The position numbers and the translations under genes are program-made. From positions 352,001 to 416,000 of the forward strand of contig CAWJTV010000039.1 in NCBI GenBank assembly GCA_963845755.1: DNA of 64,000 nt, given 5' to 3'. Source of the DNA: an uncultured Planctomycetota bacterium. GTDB lineage: Bacteria; Planctomycetota; Planctomycetia; Isosphaerales; Isosphaeraceae. Under the pieces are notes generated by a model. That model did not search any database and was not told the origin of the DNA. It saw nothing but the letters and a program-made list of their open reading frames with translations. The stretch's first letter is position 1, and each line of letters opens with the position of its first letter. Shown here in pieces: positions 1 through 9,635 of this stretch.

Positions 1-2158
1 CCGGCCGACCTCGACGCCACGATCGCCCACGCCACAACGGACCCAGACCACTCGCCCGCGCCCACCCAGGCCGACTCCGACCCGCAGGCCACCCCCCCTG
101 GCGAGATCCCCGACCTCCCGATCAATCGATCGCGCGACTCGGACGAGGACGCGGACAGCATCAGTGTTGACGACTTCGTGCGAGCCGTCGACGACCTCGG
201 CCTGCTGGACGGCGCCGAGGCGACGGCGTTCCTGGCGCAGGATCGCGGGGGCGCAACCGCCGACCAATAGCCGGCAGCTCGGCCGCACGATGGTGTCGGC
301 GGGATGGCTGACGAGCTATCAGGCCGGCGCGATCTGCCAGGGGAAGGCGAAAGGGCTGGTCATCGGTCGCTACATCGTGCTCGCCAAGCTCGGCGTCGGC
401 GGCATGGGCAAGGTCTTCAAGGCCCGACATCGTCGACTCAAGCAGGTGGTCGCCCTCAAGATCTTGCCGCCTTCCCTCGCGGGAAACCCGGAGCTCGTCC
501 AGCGGTTCCATCGCGAGGCCGAGGCGGCGGCGAAGCTGAACCACCGGAACATCGTCCGCGCGATCGACGCCGACGAGGCCGGCGGCATGCATTTCCTCGT
601 CATGGAATTCGTGGAAGGGACCAACCTGAGCCGGCTCGTGAAGACGCAGGGCGTTCGATCGCCGTCAACGGCGCTCGACATGATGATCCAGGCCGCGCAG
701 GGGCTCGCGGTCGCCCACGACGAGAGGATCGTGCACCGCGACATCAAGCCCTCCAATCTGATGATCGACGCCGCCGGAGTCGTGAAGATCCTCGACCTGG
801 GCCTCGCCCGGCTGGACAACGAGCATTCTGAGGACGGCGGCGCGATCACGCTCTCGGGCACCTTGATGGGAACCGTCGATTATATGTCCCCGGAACAGGC
901 GTTCGACCCCCGCCTCGCCGACGCCCGATCCGACATCTACAGCCTCGGCTGCACCCTCCATTACCTGCTCACGGCGAGCGCGCCCTATCGTGGGGCAAGC
1001 CTCATGCAGCGCCTGCTCGCCCATCGCGATCAGCCCGTGCCGAGCCTGCGGATGCGCCGACCTGACGTTCCGGCCGCCCTCGACGAATTGTTCTCGAAGA
1101 TGGTGGCAAAGGATCCGAAGGATCGTCCGAGCTCGATGAGGGACCTCGTCTACCGGCTCGAAGCCTGCATCGCCGCCGCGGGATCGTCTACGGCCCGAGT
1201 TCCTCGCCCGCTCATGGTCTTCGACGACGGCCGGCGCATCGACCCGCCGCCACCCTCGCCGGCCGAGATCTCCCAGGCGTCCGACGTGCACGTTGACCCC
1301 ATCCCCCTGCCTCCCCTCCCCACTGCCGACCTCGACAACCCGCGCAGCGGCTCGGGCATCCGGCTCGAAGATCATCATCAAAATATTTATGCAATTTATG
1401 AAGCCGACATCCTCGGATTTAGATCGTGGGTCGAGTTCGTGCGCTCTCGCGACGCCATGCCCACCGGCATCAGCGTTTTCGAGGACGGGCAACGCCCCAT
1501 GTTCGCCGCGATCGCCCTGCCGAATCGCAAGCGAGTGGCGTGGGACCTCATGATTCATTCCGAAATGTACCAATTCAATGTGTATTCGAACGCCATGGCG
1601 TCCCGCGGGTACCAGCTCGCGCTCTTCGACGCGTATCGGGTCGCCTCGCGAAGCGGGATCGTCAGCCACTTCCGCAAGACGGACGACACCATCGACCAGT
1701 CCCTCGGTCTCGATCTTCCCTCCGTTCGCGCCCGCCTGGAACGGATCGAAAGATTGGCGCAGCGCCTGGTCTATCTGGCGGGATATCCCACGCCGGAGGG
1801 GCGACGATTCGCGGTCTTCTCCTCGGGTTCGTCGCTACGTCCCCAGCGCCATGCCTACGAACTCAACTTCGACGCCCTCCAGGCCTTCGCCTCCCGCGCC
1901 CAGGCCGATGGCTACATGCCGATCTCTCTCACGGCGTCTCCCGTCGGCGAGACGACCTGCTTCTCGATCATCCTCGAAAAAGTGGCCGACCGCGGCTGCG
2001 ACCTGACCTTCGGCCTGACGCAAGAGGCCCTCGCGAGTGAATTCGACCGACGCGTCAGGCGCGGGTTTTCTCCGATCGTCCTCTGCGGCTTTACCCACGA
2101 GCAGTCCGTCCTCTACAACGTGGGCTGGATTCAAGGACGTTTGCCGAAGGGCGTGTAA
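1..2158 (+). CDS. Ser/Thr protein kinase with C-terminal ~50-aa tandem repeats (BTRD1/polyglycine-hydrolase-like); 5'-truncated by window edge
   Basis: Kinase motifs LGVGGMGKV, VALK, HRDIKPSN, DLG, GTVDYMSPE, DIYSLG. Frame 1 from base 1 encodes a plausible N-terminal part (SVDDFVRAVDDLGLL) that shifts to the 164..2158 frame near 268. The C-terminus has five repeats of the type F..x..GY.P..L.G/AY....RF/Y. Confidence 0.88.
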   Translation, partial: RPTSTPRSPTPQRTQTTRPRPPRPTPTRRPPPLARSPTSRSIDRATRTRTRTASVLTTSCEPSTTSACWTAPRRRRSWRRIAGAQPPTNSRQLGRTMVSAGWLTSYQAGAICQGKAKGLVIGRYIVLAKLGVGGMGKVFKARHRRLKQVVALKILPPSLAGNPELVQRFHREAEAAAKLNHRNIVRAIDADEAGGMHFLVMEFVEGTNLSRLVKTQGVRSPSTALDMMIQAAQGLAVAHDERIVHRDIKPSNLMIDAAGVVKILDLGLARLDNEHSEDGGAITLSGTLMGTVDYMSPEQAFDPRLADARSDIYSLGCTLHYLLTASAPYRGASLMQRLLAHRDQPVPSLRMRRPDVPAALDELFSKMVAKDPKDRPSSMRDLVYRLEACIAAAGSSTARVPRPLMVFDDGRRIDPPPPSPAEISQASDVHVDPIPLPPLPTADLDNPRSGSGIRLEDHHQNIYAIYEADILGFRSWVEFVRSRDAMPTGISVFEDGQRPMFAAIALPNRKRVAWDLMIHSEMYQFNVYSNAMASRGYQLALFDAYRVASRSGIVSHFRKTDDTIDQSLGLDLPSVRARLERIERLAQRLVYLAGYPTPEGRRFAVFSSGSSLRPQRHAYELNFDALQAFASRAQADGYMPISLTASPVGETTCFSIILEKVADRGCDLTFGLTQEALASEFDRRVRRGFSPIVLCGFTHEQSVLYNVGWIQGRLPKGV

Positions 2159-2181
2159 ACCCCGTTGTCCCTCCTCGCGGG

Positions 2182-3207
2182 TCAGGATGACGCCGCAACC
2201 CAGAGCGCATCCAGATATTCCTGAGTCTTGAGGGAAGCGTGGGCAGAGTCGGCCCGTCGGGCGGCATTGCCGGAAGCCGCCAGCTCGGCGAACTCCTCGA
2301 TCATGGCGACTTCCTGCGGGGTCTTCGACGGTGTCGGAACAAACGTCGTGTCCTTGCGCGTCGCCATCCCGGTCCGGTGGGTGTACCCGGCCTTCATCTC
2401 CGGATCCTTGAACGCGAAGCTGTTCTCCCAGTCCAGGACGAAATCGTCCATCCCGATGACGCCGGTGGTCCCCAGGAGTTGCAGGTCCATGATGATCGTA
2501 CTTGCGGTATAGCCGACGTCGAAGGTTGAGACCTGACCGCCCTCGAAAGCGATCAAGCCCGACGCACGGACCACCGCGTTGGTCCCGGGATCGCGCTCGG
2601 GAGCCGTGACGACTTTCGTGATTCGCCCTTCGGGCCGAAGATACTCGACCACCGCCCGCATCGAATACCACGCCATGTCCCCGAGCGCGGTCATCGGTTC
2701 CTGCTTCGGGTCAAAGCGGATGTTATCGCGATCCGCAAATGGAAAGTAGAAGGTCGTATGGAGGGATCGGGGCTCGCCGACTTTCTCCGCGCACGCCGCG
2801 CGGATGGCCGTCGTGCGGGGATGGTGGACGAAATGGGTTGCGTCCATGAACGCGACACCCTTGGCGGCGGCGGCCTGGGTCATCCGCAGGACGGAAGCCT
2901 GGTCCACGAACGGCTTGTCGACCAGGATATGCTTGCCGGCCCCGATCACCGCGAGAGCAATCGCTTCCTTTGCGACCGTGGGGGTCGCGATGTAGACGGC
3001 GTCAACGTCGTTGCGGGTGAGTAAGCCATCGATTCCTTGTACCGCCGCGGCCCCTTGGCGTTCGGCCGTGAAGCCCTGCGCGTTCTCGATTCGCCGGCTT
3101 GACACGGCTGTCAATCTCGCGTTTGCCGATCTGGCTATCGCGTCGGCGATAACGCCAGCAATCATGCCCGTTCCAACGATGCCGAATCCCAGTTGAAGCA
3201 TTTTCAT
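2182..3207 (-). CDS. Gfo/Idh/MocA family oxidoreductase
   Basis: Rossmann motif GIVGTGMIA, VDAVYIATP, GKHILVDKP and GDMAWY motifs; GGAG upstream. Confidence 0.9.
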   Translation of the reverse strand: MKMLQLGFGIVGTGMIAGVIADAIARSANARLTAVSSRRIENAQGFTAERQGAAAVQGIDGLLTRNDVDAVYIATPTVAKEAIALAVIGAGKHILVDKPFVDQASVLRMTQAAAAKGVAFMDATHFVHHPRTTAIRAACAEKVGEPRSLHTTFYFPFADRDNIRFDPKQEPMTALGDMAWYSMRAVVEYLRPEGRITKVVTAPERDPGTNAVVRASGLIAFEGGQVSTFDVGYTASTIIMDLQLLGTTGVIGMDDFVLDWENSFAFKDPEMKAGYTHRTGMATRKDTTFVPTPSKTPQEVAMIEEFAELAASGNAARRADSAHASLKTQEYLDALWVAASS

Positions 3208-3222
3208 TGATCCTTGGAACTC

Positions 3223-3377
3223 CTAACGCGGCCTCCGGCCGCAACCCAAGAGGGATTCCCGATTCGCGATTCCGGATTCCCGAAGGGGAATGATTCCGGA
3301 ATCCGGAATCGCGAATCCGGAATTCGGAATCCCCAGAGGCGCGCACGGCGCAGGGATCCTACGGAGGACGACTCTAG
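3223..3377 (+). repeat. ~150-bp palindromic heptamer-rich element, copy A
   Basis: Runs from CTAA-CGCGGCCtccGGCCGC through GATTCCG/GAATCCG heptamers to CCTACGGAGGACGACT-CTAG; near-identical to 3640-3787 and to the array at 7678-8413 (reverse strand). Confidence 0.9.
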
Positions 3378-3639
3378 CGAGGCTTTGCCTCCAACCAACT
3401 GACGCCTGTACAATCAACATCGTAGCCGTTCTGTTCCGGTTTACGCCATCAAGCGATAACCAACAGCGGTCCAGGACCATCTTGGTCCCAAACATCAAAC
3501 CCACCGCACGCGGGCAACCAGGAACGGAAACCGGCCACAAGGTACCCCCTCCGTCCAATGGGGAGTAGGTTTATGTGTTCAATCGTATCTTGACCCAAAA
3601 ACTTGACTCACCTGTGCCAAATTTTCCCCTTAAAGGGCT

Positions 3640-3787
3640 CTAACGCGGTCTCAGGCCGCAACCCAAGAGGGATTCCCGATTCCGGATTCCCGAAGGGGAA
3701 TGATTCCGGAATCCGGAATCGCGAATCCGGAATTCGGAATCCCCAGAGGCGCGCACGCCGCAGGGATCCTACGGAGGACGACTCTAA
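3640..3787 (+). repeat. ~150-bp palindromic heptamer-rich element, copy B
   Basis: Same sequence as copy A minus one 7-bp unit; CTAA at both ends (3640-3643 and 3784-3787). Confidence 0.9.
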
Positions 3788-3981
3788 TGGAGGCGATGGA
3801 GGGACCGCGCGAGCCGCCCCGGGACTGCCGTCAGCCCCCGTGCGGACGCGAGACCGGCCGAAGACCTAGCTGCCGACTCCCTTGGCCATTGACACCAAGG
3901 ACTCCCGCTCTTACCATTGACCGAGATCATCTCTGACAAATGTCGTGGAAACGGTGGCCGAGGAGGGGGAGGAGAAGTCCG

Positions 3982-5125
3982 ATGAATGTGCAACGACGGG
4001 CATCCGTGAGCCCGATCCGCTTCGGCCGGTCCTTCCTGCGATGTGGCCCCATCGTGGCGGTCTCGCTGCTCGCCGTGACTTGGGGAGGCATTGCAGGGCA
4101 GCCGCAGGCGAAGACCAAGGGCCCCGACGAGCCGCCCTCCCGAAGCCCCGGCGAACCGCTGGCCAGTGCCTTGTCGCTGACCAAGGCCCAGCAGTTCCTC
4201 GACGGCGAGACGCTCACCTGGCTGGGGGAGAGGAAATGCGCGAGTTGCCACACCGGCTATCCTTATCTCCTGGCTCGCACAGGCAGCGGAGACCCGGAGG
4301 CACCCGCCGAAGGCCAGGTCCGTAAGTTCTTCGAGGACCGCGTCGTGGCCTGGGACCGCGGCGGGAAAGGGGCCGGTTACCTGAAAGGCAAGGGGTCGCT
4401 GAAGGTCTCCGAGGGTGTGACCGAAGTCGTGGCCATCGCGGCCACACTCGCCCTGCACGACGCACAGACGACCGGCAAGCTCCACCCCCTGACCCGTCGG
4501 GCCCTGGACCGGATGTGGGAGCTCCAGCAGACGGACGGCTCTTGGACCTGGAACAAGACGGGATTGGCGCCGATGGAGTGCGATGATGAATTCGGGGCCA
4601 TCTATGCGGCGCTCGGGGCCGGGCACGCCCCGGACGCGTATGCCAGGGCCGACGCCGCGAAAGATGGGCTGGCCCGATTGCAGGGATACCTGCGCCGGAT
4701 TCCGAGGCCCAGCTTGCACCACAAGGCCTGGCTCTTGTGGGCGTCGATACCGCTGCAGGACCTGATGACTCCCGCCGAGCGCGCGCAGACGATCCAGGAC
4801 CTGTTGGACCGGCAGCGCGACGATGGCGGCTGGAGTCTCAAGTCGCTTGGCGATTGGAAACGCCTGGTCGCCAAGGCGAACGAGGAACCGGCCGAAAGCG
4901 ATGGATACGCGACCGGCTTGATCCTCTTCGTCCTGCGGCAGGCGGGCGTCCCGGCGACTCGGGAGCCGATGCGCCGCGGCGTGGACTGGCTCAAGACCCA
5001 CCAGCGCAGCTTCAGGATGCTGGTTTACTCGCTCAGTCCGCGCCGATGGTGAGCACCATATCGCCAATGCCGGGACAGCCTTCGCCCTGATGGCATTGAA
5101 AGCCTGTGGCGTCGTCGGCAAGTAG
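3982..5125 (+). CDS. Secreted prenyltransferase/squalene-hopene-cyclase-like repeat protein (frameshift ~5008)
   Basis: Signal-like N-terminus and QW-type repeats (LQQTDGSW, RQRDDGGW, HQR-SGCW); KCASCHT motif. The shifted frame continues SGCWFTRSV...AGTAFALMALKAC to TAG at 5123-5125. Start is uncertain (3940 or 3982). Confidence 0.75.
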
Positions 5126-5437
5126 GCCAGCGGTCGCTCCGGAGGAAAGACCGTCGCCCGAGCCCACCCCGGCGACCCGGCCGGCGCCCGGTCTTTACGC
5201 ACAGAAGTGGGACGGCTTCGAACCCCTTTACGCCACACTTGGGGAGGGGCTCGGGTAGATCGCAGCCCGGACGGGCGCCGGACCGTCGGCTCGATCATGA
5301 GGATTCCGTAGCCCGGGGAGGCGCTCAGCTCAACGACGCCCGTCCGTAGACCGGTGGCGCGGCCCGACGGCCGCTCGGGCGCGATCCCGGCCAGGTCCGC
5401 TTGAGAGCCTGGCATCGGCCCGATGCCGGCATCGGAC

Positions 5438-7243
5438 TCACCTGTCCCGTGGCACCCGATTGACTTGATATCGCGGGCCAGGCTTGAATCCGACCGGGCC
5501 GGGCTCCTCGCGCATCAGCCCGGTCAGCCGGTACATGTTCTCCAGATGCTTGTTCATCACCGCCTCGCCGGAGCCAACCTCGATCATTTTCGGGTTCGAC
5601 TGGTCCGCCCCGTAACCGCCCTGCGCCGCGGACTTGATGTCCGGCACGTAGCTCGGCCAGGTGCCCCCGTGCCACGTGTAGCCGAACAGGAACGGGTGCG
5701 CCACCTCCACCTTCTTCTTCCAGTCGATTTGGAGCTGGATGAACGGCTCGCCCGGAAACGTGGCGATCACAATGTCGTCGTTGATCAGGATGGTGGAAAA
5801 ATGGACGTCGAAGACCGCGTTCTTGTCGAAGCGGCCGGTAAACTTGAGGGAGTCGTTCATGTAGCGGATCGCCGTCTCTGTTCGGGCCGCCGGGCCCAAC
5901 GATCTGGCGAGCTTGATGGCTTCGTACGCGAGCAGGTCGCCGACCCTCTCGATGGTACTGTAGTCGGTCTGAAACGGGTCGTCCGGACCGGTCCGGCGCG
6001 AGCTGATGATCAGCGACTCGATGTTTCCCCCGGCGCCCTGGACGAAGAGGCAGTTCAGGCCGCCGCCGAACGCGTCCTCCACCTTCCTCGTGGCCGCCCC
6101 GGGGTAGTCGGCCGAGATGGCGTAGTTTTGGCAGACCACGTCGGCGTGGCAGGCGTAATTCATCACGATGGCGCGCGGCCGGCCTTGCTTGTCCTCGACC
6201 TTGATCACACCGACTTCCGGGTCGACCGGGCCGAAGGGGATCCGCTCGGGGTTCTCGGAAGTGTAGTGGTCGTCCCCGAACCAGGACTCGCGGGTGTGCC
6301 CGTCCTCCCGCACGACGAGACGATTGAACCCTAATTGGGGGAAGCTCCTGTGCCCGGCGGAGATCCGCGCCGGGAACATGTCCTTCATCGCGGCTTCGAC
6401 GACCTGGATGATCCGTCCCTCGACGAAGGTAGCATGATTTCGGCCAGGTCCCGAGTGCGTATGGGAGGAGCTGAGCACGAGATGCGAGATCCCGAACCGC
6501 TCCTTGCAGGCCGCGACCAGGCGATCGCTGGTATAGACGCCCAGGTCCACGGCGACGATGGCAACCCGCTCGCCGCCGACGTCAAGCACCAGGCTGCGGG
6601 CGTAGCATGTGTCGTGGACGGGCATCTTGACGTCGTCGGGTGTGATGGAGACCTTGGCGGTCCCGGCCCGGAGTTCGCCGGCGACGCTCATGCCGACGGA
6701 GACCGGCCTGCGGGACAGCCGATGCCTCTCAGTCAGGAAGGCGAGCCAGGCCTCCCGCTGCCGGGGCGGCCCGGGCGTGATGAACGCCAGATGGAACCCT
6801 CGCGCCAGTAGCTCGGCCTCGGCCGGCGGCTGATGATCCCGGTGGAGGTCGCGCCAGGACCACGGGTTGCCTTTGACCGGGCTCTTCGGGACGACCAGGA
6901 TGCACCGGGCCCGGCCGTCGCGACTGAGCTTGTCGTCCGTCGCCGCCTCTACAGGTTTGATGGCGAGGGTCTGCTCGTCCATCACGAAGTCGTAGCGGGC
7001 CGAGCCGTCCAGCCAGGCGGGTTTCGGTCTCTCGCTCGCGAGAGGCTCATCCGCCGCTTTCGCATCGATCGATGCCCACAGCATCGATACGAAGACAATC
7101 GCCACCATGCCGCGACATGCGTACTGGCCGATGTGTCCACACATCCAAAGAACTCCGCTACGATGAAAGGCTCGTTGGCCCGATGTGGCGCGACGATTCC
7201 CGACCGCGGGACGCTGGCGGTGATCGGGCCCCGCCGCATCCAT
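5438..7243 (-). CDS. Neutral/alkaline ceramidase N-terminal-domain-like hydrolase with an extra N-terminal alpha/beta-hydrolase fragment
   Basis: Motifs LRAGTAKVSITP, SHTHSGP, NYACHA, ISADYPG, QGAGGNI, FPGEPF. True start is probably ATG 7108 (signal peptide MVAIVFVSMLWASIDAKA). Confidence 0.8.
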   Translation of the reverse strand: MDAAGPDHRQRPAVGNRRATSGQRAFHRSGVLWMCGHIGQYACRGMVAIVFVSMLWASIDAKAADEPLASERPKPAWLDGSARYDFVMDEQTLAIKPVEAATDDKLSRDGRARCILVVPKSPVKGNPWSWRDLHRDHQPPAEAELLARGFHLAFITPGPPRQREAWLAFLTERHRLSRRPVSVGMSVAGELRAGTAKVSITPDDVKMPVHDTCYARSLVLDVGGERVAIVAVDLGVYTSDRLVAACKERFGISHLVLSSSHTHSGPGRNHATFVEGRIIQVVEAAMKDMFPARISAGHRSFPQLGFNRLVVREDGHTRESWFGDDHYTSENPERIPFGPVDPEVGVIKVEDKQGRPRAIVMNYACHADVVCQNYAISADYPGAATRKVEDAFGGGLNCLFVQGAGGNIESLIISSRRTGPDDPFQTDYSTIERVGDLLAYEAIKLARSLGPAARTETAIRYMNDSLKFTGRFDKNAVFDVHFSTILINDDIVIATFPGEPFIQLQIDWKKKVEVAHPFLFGYTWHGGTWPSYVPDIKSAAQGGYGADQSNPKMIEVGSGEAVMNKHLENMYRLTGLMREEPGPVGFKPGPRYQVNRVPRDR

Positions 7244-7419
7244 GGAACTCGTGGACGGATTGAAAAGGCCTGGGCATCTGGAGCGGCTGGCCGTCAGGTG
7301 ATCGGTAGACGACTATACCCCCAAGCGGTCAATCTCTCAACGCGCCGGTCCGGCAGCCGCGCGTACTGGCTCGGCTTTCTCAGTGAATGCCATGCTGCTC
7401 TGAAACCTCTTCCAACGAG

Positions 7420-7500
7420 TCTTGCGCACGTCGGTCCGACGACACCGAAGCCGATTGATCCTGTTGCTTCGGTCGATCCGACCGAAGCGAGCTGCGCCAA
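7420..7500. repeat. Palindromic repeat family 2, copy A
   Basis: TCTTGCGCACGTCGGTCCGACGACACCGAAGCC...GCTTCGGTCGATCCG is shared with 9401-9520. Confidence 0.75.
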
Positions 7501-7677
7501 CTCGAAACGTCGTAGCGCTTCGTGGGGAATCGTGGCTCAGTGCCGGACCACGCTTCAGGAGCGCGGGCGACGGCATGTGCGTGCGCTGCGCTCCAACCGC
7601 GGATGGTGATGGACAATGTGATCCACTGCCGAATCGCGGCGGTGGGGGGGGCTGCACCCTCGCCTCAGGTCATCCCA

Positions 7678-8413
7678 TAGAGTCGTCCTCCGTACGGATC
7701 CCTGCCGCATGCGCATCAGGGGATTCCGAATTCCGGATTCGAGATTCCGGATTCCCGGATCATTCCCCTTCGGGAATCCGGAATCGCGAATCGGGAATCC
7801 CGATGGGGTTGCGGCCGAAGGCCGCGTCGAGTCTTCCTCCGTAGGCTCGCCTGCGCGAGCACCTGATTCGTTTCCGGATTCCCGGATCGATTCCCCTTCG
7901 GGAATCCGGAATCGCGAATCGGGAATCCCGATGGGGTTGCGGCCGCAGGCCGCGTCAGAGTCTTCCTCCGTAGGCTCGCTGCGCCATGCGCGCATCAGGG
8001 GATTCCGAATTCCGGATTCGAGATTCTCGATACCGGAATCATTCCCCTTCGGGAATCCGGAATCTCGAATCGGGAATCCCGATGGGGTTGCGGCCGCAGG
8101 CCGCGTTAGAGTCTTCCTCCGTAGGCTCGCTGCGCCGTCGCGCACATCAGGGGATTCCGAATTCCGGATTCGAGATTCTCGATACCGGAATCATTCCCCT
8201 TCGGGAATCCGGAATCGCGAATCGGGAATCCCGATGGGGTTGCGGCCGCAGGCCGCGTCAGAGTCTTCCTCCGTAGGCTCGCTGCGCCATGCCGCACCTC
8301 TGGGGATTCCGAATTCCGGATTCGAGATTCTCGATACCGGAATCATTCCCCTTCGGGAATCCGGAATCGCGAATCGGGAATCCCGATGGGGTTGCGGCCG
8401 AAGGCCGCGTTAG
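7678..8413 (-). repeat. Head-to-tail tandem array of five ~150-bp heptamer-rich elements
   Basis: Units at about 7678-7828, 7829-7958, 7959-8109, 8110-8261 and 8262-8413. Each runs AGTC(T/G)TCCTCCGTA...GGGGTTGCGGCCG(A/C)AGGCCGCGT and units are joined at T(C/T)AG. Confidence 0.92.
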
Positions 8414-8513
8414 GTAAATCCCACTCCCGTGCGCCATCCCGAGTAGCTGCCCGCTGCGCCGACGATGCGTTTCGATTGCGAAGCAGCCACTCGTCGATGG
8501 TCGCAATACTCTC

Positions 8514-9179
8514 CTACACCGAGACGACCTCTGCATGTTCCGGCATGACCTCCTCGACCGCCTCAGCCGGAACGACTTCCTCCTGGGCCGGCGTGATGTG
8601 CTCGACGGCCTCGCTCGGATTGACTTCGTCCATGACCGGCGTGACCTGTTCGACAGCCGCGGTCAGGATGACTTCGTCCATGACCGGCGTGACCTGCTCT
8701 ACCGTTTCGGTCGGACCGGCCTCGTCCGCTACCGGTGCGGCCTTCTCCAGCACCTCAGACTGGATGGTGTCGGCCACAACCGGCGCCACCTCCTCCGCGG
8801 TCTCAGTCGGAACAGCCTCGTTGGCGACTGGCGAGATCTGCTCGACTGCCGCGGCCGGAACGACTTCGTCTTGGATCGGTGTGGCCTGTTCGACGGCCGC
8901 GGCCGGGATGACTTCGTCTTGGATCGGCGCGACCGTTGCGGCGGCCGCGGCCGGGGTGAGCTCGTCTTGGTTCAGCGCGACCTCCTCGATGGGCTCAGTC
9001 GGAATGACTTCATCCTGGATCGGCGCGACCTCTTCGACAGGTTCGGTCGGAGTGAGCTGGTCCTGGACCGGCTCCACGAGCTCTGTTACGGGCGGAGCAT
9101 CGAAAGACTCAACGCCTTCGGCAATGTCCGCGACCTCTTCCGTAGCCTGCGCGATCGGTTCCGTCGACACTTCGTTCAT
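8514..9179 (-). CDS. Highly acidic 16-aa tandem-repeat protein, probably disordered
   Basis: About 12 repeats like VEEVAPIQDEVIPTEP; one Lys and no Arg; GGAG at suitable spacing before the ATG; 48-bp periodicity. Confidence 0.75.
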   Translation of the reverse strand: MNEVSTEPIAQATEEVADIAEGVESFDAPPVTELVEPVQDQLTPTEPVEEVAPIQDEVIPTEPIEEVALNQDELTPAAAAATVAPIQDEVIPAAAVEQATPIQDEVVPAAAVEQISPVANEAVPTETAEEVAPVVADTIQSEVLEKAAPVADEAGPTETVEQVTPVMDEVILTAAVEQVTPVMDEVNPSEAVEHITPAQEEVVPAEAVEEVMPEHAEVVSV

Positions 9180-9400
9180 GGCGATTGACTCCGGGCTGCG
9201 AATTGAAGTGGGAGGTGAAGGAGGAACTACCTTTAATATTACCGATGGAATTGGTTCTTGTATCTACCTTTTTAAAATCTTATCGAAAATTCGATGCAAG
9301 CGATGCCGGTCCGGCGGCTGCAAGGTTGTCGGGAAGCTCACAAAAGGCAGGTCGTGCAAGGTCTGTGCACTCCAGCCGGCCGGGAGTCGCCTTTCTCTCC

Positions 9401-9520
9401 TCTTGCGCACGTCGGTCCGACGACACCGAAGCCAATTGGGCTGAGGTGGCTTCGGTCGATCCGCCAGAAGCGCGCAAGACGACCATCCGACACTTCGGTC
9501 GATCCGACCGACGCGCACAA
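9401..9520. repeat. Palindromic repeat family 2, copy B (MITE/REP-like)
   Basis: Terminal inverted repeat TTGCGCACGTCGGTC...GACCGACGCGCACAA and internal TCTTGCGC...GCGCAAGA. Confidence 0.75.
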
Positions 9521-9606
9521 CGTTAATTATGAAGGTAGTCATCCACGTTCGGCCACGCGTGTCTCAGTTGGTCCGAATTCTGACCGGAAGCGGGCCAGAA
9601 CCAGGA

Positions 9607-9635
9607 GAGCAGGCGGCGGGAATCGCATCCGCGCC
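9607..9635 (-). other. Degenerate tmRNA/tRNA 3'-end fragment (possible att-site relic)
   Basis: Reverse complement reads GGCGCGGATGCGATTCCCGCCGCCTGCTCT, close to the tmRNA/tRNA T-arm plus acceptor CGCGGGTTCGATTCCCGCCGCCTCCA; no 5' half nearby. Confidence 0.45.

Noticed and set aside
7678..8413. CRISPR array
   Set aside because: Units are ~150 bp and similar along their whole length, with no unique spacers and no cas genes in the window.
7555..8536. ORFs rich in GIRNRESGIP peptides (also 3002-3936)
   Set aside because: They are translations of the heptamer repeat in all frames, with no independent coding evidence.
9607..9635. Intact tRNA or tmRNA gene
   Set aside because: Only a mutated 3' fragment is present; TTCGA is disrupted and there is no 5' half.
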